Positions 1 to 12,034 of a stretch of 64,000 nt of DNA are shown here, one piece after another. Source of the stretch: Amphiscolops sp. MND2022 (lineage: Eukaryota). Both the position numbers and the translations under genes were made by a program. Position 1 is the stretch's first letter, and the number at the start of each line of letters is the position of its first letter. Location: contig OZ076421.1 of the NCBI GenBank assembly GCA_964187785.1, forward strand, positions 51,708,001 to 51,772,000, read 5' to 3'. The notes under the pieces are model-generated. The model did not search any database. It had not been told where the DNA came from and saw only the letters and a program-made list of their open reading frames with translations.

Positions 1-1150
1 AAACAATACTTGTATTCCTGTTAAAAGGAATCCGGCAAGTTGTGGGTTTTGTACGGAAATTGCAAGTTTTGTGAGGAGTTGATTTCGTTCTAATTCGCAT
101 ACTGTAGGAAAGGTATTCAACTCTCGTCCTGCCATTGAGTGGAAAACGTGATTAATTGTAATATCAATTTTGCTACTAATATGTGCATCATAGGCTATCG
201 TACCAAAAATGTTGGAAACATTGAGTGCTGGAAAAAATTATTTTTTATGAGGGTCTAAAATTAATTTCCCTGAGTTGTGTTCAGTTATTCCTGAATGAGG
301 ATTTGGTTGTCCTGTTTGCATGTTGAAACCATTTGTGCATGTAACAAAAGGTCGGAATATTGTGTTGCATATAGAGGTTCTGGTTTACTACAGAAAAACT
401 GTGGAAAACTTCAAAACGTGAAAGACTAGGATTGTGTGGGTTTTGTGTATGCAAAGCATGTATATATGGGAAACTAGTTCCTTTGATACCATATGTAGTG
501 TCAGATTTATTGGGTGTAGAAGAGAGTACAAAAGAATTTTTTTCAATCCAATATCTGTCTTTAATTTTTGTTATTCGACCAACAAAGTCTTGTAATGTAA
601 AGATGAGGCAAAATTCATTACTAAGCCAAACTAATAAATAGAGAATTTTTGTGGTTGGCTTACAGAAACCATCAGCAAAGTAACATGGTAATGTATGGCC
701 ATCAATGGTCAGAGCATTTTCAGTATTGTCAATGCAAGATCTTTTTCAGAAATTTGAAGTCTCCAACTGACTATATTGACTTCGAACTGGTGATGAGCTG
801 ACTATGTAAGGGATTTCTAAGTGGATCATGAGGCCAAGATTTATCGGCAGGCGTGAATGTAAATGTACCAGTATACATTGTGTTAAATTTATAGACAGTA
901 AAAAGGGTTTGAAATAGGTCTAATTGTTGATGGAAACAATGATCTTCTAGGAGAGTAAAAGTTTTGTTATAATTGAAGTTGTTTTGTTTTTAGTACAATT
1001 ATCTAAATAAGTTTTAACATTCTAGAGGGTCACGTGTAACAGGGAGTGGTATTGTATTAAGATTCCATACAGTTCTGTCAAAACGTCGGTATTTAACTGA
1101 ACCTTCTTTCTTTCTTCGCACTTAACTCGTTTAGCTTTCCAAGTTAAATT
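1..1150 (-). pseudogene. env: Envelope-like glycoprotein remnant, class III fusogen-like (gB/chuvirus G type)
   Basis: Manual translation across frameshifts gives EGSVKYRRFDRTVWNLNTIPLPVTRDPLEC...IDGHTLPCYFADGFCKPTTK..LVWLSNEFCLIF...FCSKPEPLYATQYSDLFVT...YDAHISSKIDITINHVF...VCELERNQLLTKLAISVQNPQLAGFLLTG. The Cys/Trp spacing and the central-helix segment resemble class III fusion proteins. Confidence 0.7.
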
Positions 1151-1164
1151 TTCAAAGTAAAACT

Positions 1165-1700
1165 CGTTTGCCTTGTATAAAAGCAAAACGTTTGTCTCCT
1201 GAAGAAAATCTTGTACGTTTTATTGTTTTTTCAACAAGGGGAGTATGGGCATATGCGTACATAAGATCTATTGCACATGTACTTTTTTTTGCGCGTGCAA
1301 AATTAGGAGCATGAGGTTCAGTATGCCAAGCTTCGTCAGATTGATCTGTGTTAGAATGAGGTGACGTGCGTCTAACACACATTTGACATAGTCGCGTTTG
1401 GGTATTATAATGAGTGAATTCAAATAAGTGGTACACTAAGTCCGTTTATCGTCTGGTGAGGAACCAATTTGTTTTTTAATGTTATGTTTTTCAAGTTCTT
1501 CAAGGAAAGCGTTCAATTTGTCTCAATAATGTATTGCCACTTTAGGTGGACGTTGTGTCATGTCATAAGTTGGCCGTTAGGTTTCAGTAGTATACAAAAT
1601 GGAGTATAAATTCTTCCTACGTCATTTCTATGTGTCGCATAACAAGTTTTATGTTTTGTTAATAAGTTACAAAGTTTTACATAATTTTTGTCTGTTAAGT
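1165..1700 (-). pseudogene. pol: Gypsy reverse transcriptase N-terminal fragment, truncated by an internal deletion
   Basis: KLNAFLEELEKHNIKKQIGSSPDDK...SNTDQSDEAW..EPHAPNFARAKK.CAIDLMYAYAHTPL...RFSSGDKRFAFIQG matches RT domains 1-3 (ORF 1152..1436). No YxDD follows; the sequence jumps to env. Confidence 0.85.
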
Positions 1701-2439
1701 CAGAAATTTGAAAGATGCTTTTGTTTATAAATTTGAGATATTCTTTAGGTTAAAGAAGAGAAGGGAAGATACGTGGTTTTGTAGTGTGAGAAGAAGGCTG
1801 AACGTTATAAAGAGAATTAGGTATAGTTGATGTTATGGATGAGTCAGTCATATAAACCTGATTTAGTGAAAACTGTGGGGAATTTAACGTATCTTCAGTA
1901 TATTGAGGAGTAAAAATTGTAGGTTCTGTAATTTCAGGATGGTATTTATGAGCAACATTGTGTACTAGCTAGCGAGTCAATGTCATGAATTTGATAATAT
2001 TTAGGCTTTTCGTTTGTGAAAGGAACTTCAATGTAATTATTGTCTCCAGTAGGAAGAGTAGCAACGTGATTTGTAGAGTTTTGTATAATTATGACGCATG
2101 TGTCTGGATCGTCTTTTGCGATAGTTTCGATAAATTTAACTCTTGTACGAAACTTAGTAGAGAAATAGATATGAGGTACTGTAGGAAAAAATTGAGTGTT
2201 TGGTGTTGTTGAAAAACGAAGATTGTAGTAGTTTTTGATAAGAAGATGAGCCATTTTGAATGAGTTGGGTTTCAGAAGACTTTTCGTTTTAGTTTTGATT
2301 CTATTTTTGTACAAGAAGTATGGGTAGAATTTTGATAGGAGTGATGTGAATTTTGTGGAATTTGGAAACTCTCTTGAGTGGTGTTTAAAATGTAATGTAA
2401 AGTCTTGTATGTTGATATTTTGTATATATTCTTCGAAAA

Positions 2440-2700
2440 ATGGAGGGCCAAGTATATTGTATTTTTATCAGCAACTGCTAGAAGAATGATGAATTGGCGA
2501 GAATTGTCATCAATGGTTGTGTTCAATGCAAGAGTTAAACAATGTAATATAGGAACGTCTGTTTGATTAGCAACTGTAAGTGTTTTGGAAGAGCTAAGTG
2601 TGGTATTATTGTTAGTTACATTCAGAAGTTCTGCTATTGTAACATAAGTTGGATAATTAGGTACTGAAACAAAGGAATCACTGTCTAAAAGGAAAGATAT
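2440..2700 (-). pseudogene. Aspartic protease remnant
   Basis: FLLDSDSFVSVPNYPTYVTIAEL is a degenerate DSG motif, positioned between the gag-like region and RT. Confidence 0.65.
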
Positions 2701-2759
2701 TTTTAGTCGTGATGGTTAGTCAGCTTTATTGTGTCTTTCAGAAGTCTTTGAATATAGTG

Positions 2760-5700
2760 AGTAAAATCAATTGGTTGGTGTCAAGGCATTAGCAATTTCT
2801 GTATGGTGGTAATTATGTACTTCAACTTTAGGAGAATCATTTATTGATTGGGTTTGGACATATTAACGTTATTTCTTGTATTGGAGTGAGAGCGGGATCT
2901 AGAACATCTAGAATCTCTTGACCTCGAAGGAGGTCTATATGAAAAAGTATAATTCGTAAAATTGTTGTCACTGTATTAAGAACGTGATCTGTATCTAGGA
3001 CAAAAATTGCGTCTGTGAGGTGATCTGTGTGATCTATAAGGAGAACGATAGGATCTGGAATCTCGTTTATATTTATCATTTCGAGAAAGTGTATAATTTT
3101 GAGGAGTAGTACTTCTGTCATAATGATTTCGATCCCGTGATGTAGAACGATATCTGTCCAGTGAAGAGTTTTTTGGTATAAAAGTTCTTTCGTGATGTAC
3201 TTAGACTACGTTGTCGGTTGTAATATTCATTTGATCGGTCGTCATTTCTGTTTGCTCCATCATTAAAGTTTGAAAGAAAGTATTGTGCAAAAGATGTTTG
3301 TGGAGTTTTTGATGTTGCATAGGCTTCACTGTCATCTTCGTCGTCTCGATGTTTTTTGAAACATGATAAAATAGAGTCATTTCTTCGATGACAAAAGGGG
3401 CAATGTTTTTTTGTACGCAGTTTTTGTTTTATTATTGCGGTCTTTGGGATAAGTAAACAGAAGTTGTTCTGGTTGTTGTTCCATTGTTTGCGATTGTAAT
3501 TGATTTGAAATATTGTTCAGTTCTAAGGTAAGATCATGGGTACGAATTCTGTGATTTAGCTATATCTCCAGCGTCATTAAGTTTAACTAATGTGTGAAAG
3601 GGTATTTAAGGTTCTAATATAGTAGAAGTGTGTTTGACTAGTCTTCTATTGGCAAAGTCTTCAAGATTTTTTGATAAGCCTTTGGTGAAAATTTCGTTAC
3701 ATAAGGTCTATTGTAGAGGCATTTTCATTGCACCAGCCTTTTTCAACCAGTTATTGAACGTTAAGTGCAAAATGACGTACTGTCTCATTGTCGTTTTAAC
3801 GATTGTAACAGCTTCAACTTGAGCGTAATATGCATTCTTTTCTGAGGAGACTTGTTTTTTAAATGCTTGTACAAAACGGACCAGTCTTGTTCAAAGGTGT
3901 CATTAGGGCAAAACACCAACTGAGAGCTGTAACAGTTAAAGTGCATTGTATAAAAGCCATACATAGATCGTGCCAAAATTTAGATTCAAGATCCGTTGGA
4001 GGTTGTAATCCCGGTGAAAATGTAACTTGTGTTTCAATGTGATGTAATTGTTCTTCAGGTGTGTAATTATGGTCTAAGCCATCAAATAGTTTTATAGGTC
4101 AGATGTAGAAGCAGAAGAATTTTTATGGGTTGGATTTGATATTGTAATGAGAGGTAGTGCAGAAGAGGATGTTGCATGATAATTAACATTGGAAGTAGGA
4201 GGTATGTGTTGTATATTTCGTATACCAAAATTTGGAAGAGTATTAGTTGTGTACACGTTGGTTAGTTCGTATAGTAGTTGAAGCAGATTGTGCTACTTGA
4301 GAAGTAGATAGTGAACTTATTTGAAGAGAAGTAGGTTGTGACAGAGATGCTGAAAAGTGAGTAGGTTGTTGAACATTATTTGCGTTAGTACTTGACAAAT
4401 TGGACGAGAGTGGATTGTTTGGAATATTAGGTAATGGAGGTCTAGATAGTGTTCTAGGAGTAGTTGGATGTGTTTGTGGATGTTAGTGTGGATTGTATTT
4501 ATAGCAGAAAGTGACGATTGTACATAAAGAGTTTGAGCTGGAGTATATGGTGGTGTACGAAGAGTAGTTTGTTGAGATTGAGTTTGAGTAACATGTTGTA
4601 CAATAGGCATATTTGAAGAGTCTTGTTGTGGAGAGTTATGAGGAGTAATTGTAAGAATTGAAAAGGTATTGGAGGTGGATCATAAAAACGTGTAACTTAT
4701 TGTAAAAGTGTTTGTGGTTGAATGGTAGTAGTATTTTGTGTACTTATAATTGAGGAGTCATTTTGTATTCAATACAAAATGACTCCTTAATTATAAGTAC
4801 ACCAAATACTACTACCAATAAACCACAAACACTTTCACAATAAGTTGAAGCTTTGAAGTTGAACTTTCAAGTTGAAGTAGTCTCCTTATCATTGGTATTG
4901 TGTTCAATTTGTCTTGTAGGAATATTAGGAATATTGGAGTCTGTAATAACTGTGAAACTATGAGTATAAGTATTAAATTCATGTGTATTATTTTCGTCTG
5001 GTTGTATTATCAAGAAAGAGTGAATTTTGATCTTGCTGGATAGGTTCTAAAAGTTCGTTGACCGTCTGGTGTATTTCATGGAAAGTGTCGTGTGGGTCAT
5101 GAAGTGTTTCAATTTGTTCCGTTTGTGTGGTTTCACAATTGTAATAAAGAATTTCAATGGTTGTATCAGAAGACATATATGGTCTATTATCAGATGTCCC
5201 AGAAAGTTCAACAAGGAAAGTAGAATCAAACGATATGTTCTCAAAATAAGGTATATGTAGTTGTGTAGTTAAAGTTGATAGTTAAATCTAAAGAGATTGA
5301 GAAGAAATTGAGAGTAGACTTCAATTTGAGGTACAATATCTTCATTACGATATCCTAATATTATGAAAAACTCTGTATTGGAAATGATTTTTTTGTAACA
5401 TATCTGGTTGTAAACAATAGTGAGGATTTTTTTGGTGTTTTATTTTTGTTTCGATGTCCTGTACTTCGAAATAATCGCTTTTTTCTCGTAAATTTTCTAA
5501 ATGAGAATGTCTGTTTATAGGATATTCTAGATTTACTTTGTATTCTATTAGTTTGTTTAAATATGTAACAAAAAGGTCTTGAACTGTACTTGGAATACTC
5601 AGTGGGTGGATTGTTCTATATTATGTTCCAGTATTTATGTTTTGAACAGGGTTAAATATGTTTTGAAATGGGTTTTGCCACGTACCAATATCCAATGTCT

Positions 5701-6330
5701 ACATGTTCTCGTATCAAGGGAAATGTTTGTTTAGAATGTGCTTCTTTGTCAACTGGAAGAGGATTTGTGTACTGGAAAATAATGTTATTTAGAAATGGTT
5801 TTACAACTTGAGTAAAAGAACGTATGATTCTATGTTGAGGTATAGTTAGTTGAAATGGAGTTGGAAGCATTGTGTACAAAATAAGAGTATGTTCTTGTAT
5901 CAGATGTTTGTAATATAACCTTTAAATAAAGGAAAAAGGTAGTGAACGAGTTTAAGTTCTGTATTGAAGTATGTATTGTAGCGGAAGAATTGTTCTACAG
6001 AACGAGTTTGTACAAGAATAGTAAGGATGGTATAAGAGAAGGGTAGTATTTTATTTGTTAAATATGGTATAAAAGAACAGATTGTATAGTATACTCCTAA
6101 AAGTCTACAAAGACGAAATGTTATATTGAGTATCATAAGTTTTATAAATGTAAAATTGTTCTGGAGTTTGGGTATGAAATGAATGTAAAGTTGTTCTAGA
6201 TTTTGGGTATAAAAGGAACTGAAAAGATTTTCAAAAAAATGCATGGAAAAACCATAGAAATATGATGAACTTTACAAGATCATCGGCTGAAAGCATTTGT
6301 TAAAAAAGTCATATACCGTAATATAATTTT
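2760..6330 (-). pseudogene. gag: Long ORF1 (gag-like) remnant with a hydrophobic N-terminal part and an Arg/Ser-rich C-terminus
   Basis: A chain of short same-strand ORFs (5900..6244, 5652..5879, 4988..5176, 4317..4610, 2837..3121) with uniform A/C skew lies directly upstream of PR. There is an RSRS-rich stretch near 2850-3100. Confidence 0.55.
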
Positions 6331-6623
6331 TTTGTTCAATAATTTCTAAGAGATTATGTGATATATGCTGTATAATTTTGAGTGTTCTATTGAATAGTGT
6401 AATGTTCTTTAGTTTACTTTATTTTATAAAGTGTTCTATACTATATAGTACGAAATATCTGTAATATAGTTTTGTATAATATAATTGTTATTTAATTTCG
6501 TACCGACATCCGTGACAGTAGTTTAAGAAAGTAAAAAGGTGTGACAACTCAAAAGGAGTTGATCCAAACGGCTAGAACCAAAATTAAACTAGCAGGAACT
6601 GTTGGATATCACTACTGAAGAAG

Positions 6624-6926
6624 CCAACGCGTATCACACGTCTGCGGTTGGAACGTTTAGAAGAAAACCAACACGAATCGCACTTTACAGTGGCTGGAAC
6701 GGAGAAATATTTTTACCAACACGTATCACTATTGTAGTGGTTGGAACGAAAGTTATTTGACCAACACGTATCACATTTATTGTGGTTGGAACGCAAAGAA
6801 ATGTCCAACACGTATCACTTTAAAGAAGCGGTTGGAACGAAGAAAAAGACTGACAGGAATTACGGATGTTACGTAGTCAGAACCATACCAACACGCATCA
6901 ATTTTCAAGGAAACTTGGTTGGAACG
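6624..6926. repeat. Array of six imperfect stem-loop units CCAACACGTATCAC-N-G(T/C)GGTTGGAACG in the retroelement leader
   Basis: Units start at 6624, 6668, 6716, 6761, 6805 and 6888. The CCAAC and GTTGG arms are complementary, and loops and linkers vary. Confidence 0.9.
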
Positions 6927-7078
6927 TTGAGTTAATAAATGTAGATAATGCCAAGTTGAGGAGAGACTGTGCGGCGAACAAAGAAATAGCGGATTAAAAA
7001 GTTGGAAAAGGATGTACAAGAGGATTGAATTTGTAGAACAAAAGGAAGAGAGAAGACAATTTTTGTGGTCGCACCAAT

Positions 7079-7619
7079 TGCGCTGGTTACATGTTTGTTA
7101 TTTTTCTTTTTAGATCTTTCAAGTTAAACATAAGTAGTTCTAAATTCTAAGCAAAGCCGTTTCTTAGCTAGCTAGTCTTTCTTTCACAAGTATAGAGGCG
7201 GACTGAGATCTCAGATTTTCTATCTATCTCTTCCTAAGGGAGAAGGTTTCTAGAATCTAAGATTCAAGTTATTCTTCTGATGGGTTAACCACCAAAATTA
7301 TTTCATTGATTATCAAGATTGAATAGAATTCTAATCAGTCTAAGATGACATGAATAAGATTAGATCTATAATGTAAGAGTCACCAAATGTCAGCAATCTA
7401 ATAATGAAGTAGTAACTTCTAAATGAAGTGACATCTATCAAGTTTTTAGGTCAAGAGGTTAGATAGATTTCAAGATTATGAAAATACCAGAGGACATGCA
7501 TCATGGCATCACACAGATGTCATGGGTTAGATTCGGCAGATAAATATTACCTCAAAACTGACCTCTTTGTGTGATCTAAATAAAATGAACTCTTTAGCTG
7601 AAGCCCAACGTTCGCTACA
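7079..7619 (-). repeat. Putative 5' LTR of the env-bearing Gypsy element
   Basis: On the minus strand it starts TGTAGCG (7619) and ends ...AGCGCA (7079), followed 2 nt later by TGGTGCGACC, which is PBS-like. The partner LTR is outside the window, so the boundaries are unconfirmed. Confidence 0.5.
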
Positions 7620-8036
7620 GGACCTTAAGGAGTGTTTTTCAGGATACCACAGCGCCTATGAGGATCCACTCCAGGTTTGTTAGGGTTCACTGCTTGGTCA
7701 CTTCGTCGTTGATTTCATCGCGAAACGCTTCGACCCGGTTGCCGTTGGCCACGTGTCACGCGCGTTTTAGGTTCATTAGAAGTTTTGCCCTAGCGCCTAG
7801 AGCCAGCTCACGACAAATGTGTACGAGATCGGAAATAGAAACACTCTACTACCATTTTCCTGAAAGCAGCTGATGATGCATGAAGGCGCCTTTTTTAGTC
7901 GGCGCTTTATCCTTTTGAGGAAAAATGTCCGACTATAGCAGTGACTTTTTTTCTTTTTTTCTTCAGAATATAATCCTCACACTGAAAGGTCCACTTTTCT
8001 TACAATTCTTACAATCTTAAAATCTTACAATTCTTA

Positions 8037-8495
8037 CTTAGCAAATTTAAAATACTGGCGCAAAAGCTTGCGAAGTAGTATTTTTACATCATTTAAGAAA
8101 CTCAAAGGGACCAAAGGGTACTGCCTTAGAGTATTTTCGGCGCTGTGAGACTTTTTTTCGAAAAAAAATTCCCCAAAGGGTCCCTCCTTCAATTTTTTTG
8201 GAGTTTTCCGACAGAACGGATGTTGAAAAATCCCAAAGGGTCCCCCTTTCAGTTTTTTCGGCATTGTCAGACTTTTTTTCATAAAAATTTTTTCACCAAA
8301 AGTGCCCCTCCTTCATTTTTTTTGATTTGCGACAGAATGGATGAAAAATCTCAACTTGTCCCCTCTGGTGCGCCAATTCGGTTCAACTTTTGGGTTTTTC
8401 CGGTACCGTAGAAAAGAATACTTTGACACTTTGAAGTCCTTTTGCTGTTTTTGAGCCTTAGATATGGCGTCGACTTGGGCCGTTCCCTGCTTGTT
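8037..8495. repeat. Dispersed repeat with internal degenerate subrepeats (CCCAAAGGGTCCC...GACTTTTTTTC); second copy 10820-11284
   Basis: Internal subrepeats with poly-T/poly-A runs, ending in GACTTGGGCCGTTCCCTGCTTGTT. The overlapping ORFs are low-complexity artefacts. Confidence 0.6.
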
Positions 8496-9249
8496 TAACT
8501 AGAAGCACTCGATAAGACAGAACACATTTCAGAAATCCTATGTCTTTTCTGCCATCATTGGAAGCTGGAAGTTGTCTGAATTTTCTCTCAAAAGCGTAGT
8601 ATTAGATCTGGTATTGGAATCCGGTTCAAGATTTGGCAGAAGCCACAGCTCAAATCCCCTGATTTCATGTAAGCATTTTTGAAAATAAAGAGTCTGGTTG
8701 GAAAAAATTCCCCCAGTTGGTCCCGAGTTTCCCATGCGTGACCTATAAACAGGAGCACAAGGTTTCAAGTCCAAAGAAGATTGAAAAAGGTTTCTACAAG
8801 GCAAGGTTTCTTTTTTTTCGTTTTTGACAGTATTTGAGAATTAGTTTTTATAGAACTTTTTCCGATGTTTGAAGAACTGAAAAAAAAACAAGAAATTCCT
8901 AAAACACTGTGTTGATATCGCAATTCAAAAAGATATTGCTGAGAACTAGACGATCGACTGGAGTCGATTGCTATCGAACTTTCTGTTTTTTTTCTGAAAT
9001 GAATGAAATTAGTACCAATTTATGGCTCCAATTCAACAACTTTTATCATTGCGCTAATGCCGAAACAGTTTTGGTTAACTGATTGATACTGAAACTTGCC
9101 CATAAAAATGCTGAGCTTCGAAGTGACTCCTCCTACTAAATAAACTAACCTCATCCAATTTTAACTCAAGGCGCTATCAGTACAACTACAACAGATAATC
9201 CTACCGATCTCCTATTATCCATCTTTCAACAACCACCTTCTATAATCAT

Positions 9250-10428
9250 TCGTTTGAATAAAGCGACTTGAATGGAGGGTAGTATAAGGAAAGGGCGACC
9301 AAACTAGAAAATGGTAGAAATAGAAGTCAATAGAAGTTTGAGTTTCAGAGTATGAAGTATTAGAGATTTACTATCAACATATGCCGGCCCCCTTGATCGG
9401 GTTCAAGATCTCGGTGGGGAGCAAAGTAGTACTTGTATTGCATTTTTGTTTGAAAAAATCTATACTAAGCTTTGGTTAAGACGGGTCCTCAGACTAAATT
9501 CCAATCGAAGGGCACTAGAGGAAAAAAAGACCCAGTAGTACCCTGGAAATACAAATACGAAAAATAAAAAAACGGAACTGCTAACAAAGCGGAACAGAAC
9601 TTGGGATAAACGTTTTCGGAAGAACAAAAAAAACAAGCTCATTTGAATAATAAATACGATTTTAGAACAATCTTATACAACTACTTTGTTCGTTGAAAAT
9701 CGGTTAATGATATTGAATCGTTTAGGTACGATAACGAGGGTGAACTGGTTGTGATATTGCTATGTTTCTTTATTTTTAGTTCTTCGTCTTTATTTCGCTT
9801 CTTCGGGTCTTCGCTGTTGTTAGTTTTGGTACTGATCCAATGCTGCAAGCTTCCCTTTCGTTGTTGACTTTGTTTCGGATTGACTTCTTGGTAGTTTCTA
9901 TGAGATACTTCTGCTGGAAGGAATAATGATAGCTGACTGGCCAAACGTATCAGTCCGTATCGCAACAACGCGGGAGCATTTGGTCATTTCCATCGAAAAC
10001 TTCGATGATTTTAGCCATCAGTAACATCATTGGTGCTTTGTTGTCGTCCTTCAAGAAAACGATGTCTCCATTCTGTAGAATTTCTTGCTCCACTGTCCAA
10101 TCAGTTCCATGTTGAAGAGTTGTGAGGTATTCTGGGACCAGCGGTCCGAGAAGAAATGCATCGCCTGTTTAGCGGCTGGCAGGTAAACAAGGCTTGGGTG
10201 TTCGTGAACTGCGTTGTTGTGGGTGTTAAAACTCACAAGTGTTCTGGTAAAAGATCGTCGACGTACATATCGAATTTGAGCACTAGGGCGGTGACAGGGT
10301 TCTGTATTGTTTCGACTAACTCGAAGAAGAGTCGTATGTCATGAAATCTAGCTGATATCGGGCGGTAAGTTTTTCGGGTCATATGGTAGTATTGTAACAG
10401 TGATGATGGTTTTTGTTCCAGGGTATAC
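9250..10428 (-). mobile_element. BEL/Pao remnant (duplicated copy): RT YVDD fused to integrase C-terminus, PPT and start of the 3' LTR
   Basis: ...PVTALVLKFDMYVDDLLP is followed directly by the DUF5641-type segment ..RW..EYLTTLQHGTDWTVEQEILQNGDIVFLKDDNKAP..AKIIEVFDGND. PPT AAGGGGGCCGGCA precedes LTR start TGTTGATAG at 9379. Confidence 0.85.
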
Positions 10429-12034
10429 TGTGTAGCGCCTATGAGGATCCACTCCAGGTTTGTTAGGGTTCACTGCTTGGTCACTTCGTCGTTGATTTCA
10501 TCGCGAAACGCTTCGACCCGGTTGCCGTTGGCCACGTGTCACGCGCGTTTTAGGTTCATTAGAAGTTTTGCCCTAGCGCCTAGAGCCAGCTCACGACAAA
10601 TGTGTACGAGATCGGAAATAGAAACACTCTACTACCATTTTCCTGAAAGCAGCTGATGATGCATGAAGGCGACTTTTTTAGTCGGCGCTTTATCCTTTTG
10701 AGGAAAAATGCCCGACTATAGCAGTGACTTTTTTTCTTTTTTTCTTCAGACTATAATCCTCACACTGAAAGGTCCACTTTTCTTACAATTCTTACAATCT
10801 TAAAATCTTACAATTCTTACTTAGCAAATTTAAAATACTGGCGCAAAAGCTTGCGAAGTAGTATTTTTACATCATCTAAGAAACTCAAAGGGACCAAAGG
10901 GTACTGCCTTAGAGTATTTTCGGCGCTGTGAAACTTTTTTTTCGAAAAAAAATTCCCCAAAGGGTCCCTCCTTCAATTTTTTTTGGAGTTTTCCGACAGA
11001 ACGGATGTTGAAAAATCCAAAAGGGTCCCCCCTTTCAGTTTTTTCGGCATTGTCAGACTTTTTTTCATAAAAAATTTTTTCACCAAAAGTGCCCCTCCTT
11101 CATTTTTTTTTGATTTGCGACAGAATGGATGAAAAATCTCAAAGTGTCCCCTCTGGTGCGCCAATTCGGTTCAACTTTTGGGTTTTTCCGGTACCGTAGA
11201 AAAGAATACTTTGACACTTTGAAGTCCTTTTGCTGTTTTTGAGCCTTAGATATGGCGTCGACTTGGGCCGTTCCCTGCTTGTTTAACTAGAAGCCCTCGA
11301 TAAGACAGAACACATTTCAGAAATCCTATGTCTTTTCTGCCATCATTGGAAGCTGGAAGTTGTCTGAATTTTCTCTCAAAAGCGTAGTATTAGATCTGGT
11401 ATTGGAATCCGGTTCAAGATTTGGCAGAAGCCACAGCTCAAATCCCCTGATTTCATGTAAGCATTTTTGAAAATAAAGAGTCTGGTTGGAAAAAATTCCC
11501 CCAGTTGGTCCCGAGTTTCTCATGCGTGACCTATAAACAGGAGCACAAGGTTTCAAGTCCAAAGAAGATTGAAAAAGGTTTCTACAAGGCAAGGTTTCTT
11601 TTTTTTCGTTTTTGACAGTATTTGAGAATTAGTTTTTATAGAATTTTTTCCGATGTTTGAAGAACTGAAAAAAAACAAGAAAGTCCTAAAACACTGTGTT
11701 GATATCGCAATTCAAAAAGATACGGCTGAGAACTAGACGATAGACTGGAGTCGATTGCTATCGAACTTTCTGTTTTTTTTCTGAAATGAATGAAATTAGT
11801 ACCAATTTATGGCTCAAATTCTACAAATTTTATCATTGGGCTAATGCCGAAACAGTTTTGGTTAACTGATTGATACTGAAACTTGCCCATAAAAATGCTG
11901 AGCTTCGAAGTGACTCCTCCTACTAAATAAACTAACCTCATCCAATTTTAACTCAAGGCGCTATCAGTACAACTACAACAGATAATCCTACCGATCTCCT
12001 ATTATCCATCTTTCAACAACCTCCTTCTATAATC

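Larger units (their letters stand above)
1..7619 (-). mobile_element. Degenerate env-bearing Ty3/Gypsy LTR retrotransposon (5' LTR, leader, long ORF1, PR, truncated RT, env-like gene; 3' end runs off the window)
   Basis: On the minus strand the order is LTR-like block (starts TGTAGCG at 7619), repeat leader, long ORF1 remnants, protease-like FLLDSDSFVSV, RT remnant and env-like remnant. The sense strand is strongly A/C-rich and G-poor throughout. Confidence 0.85.

Noticed and set aside
6624-6926. CRISPR array (repeat-spacer look)
   Set aside because: The context is a eukaryotic retroelement with no cas genes. The repeats are degenerate and the variable parts are only ~8-15 nt.
8034-8411. Lys/Phe-rich ORFs as protein-coding genes
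   Set aside because: They are translations of homopolymer-rich subrepeats, and the frames differ between the two duplicated copies.
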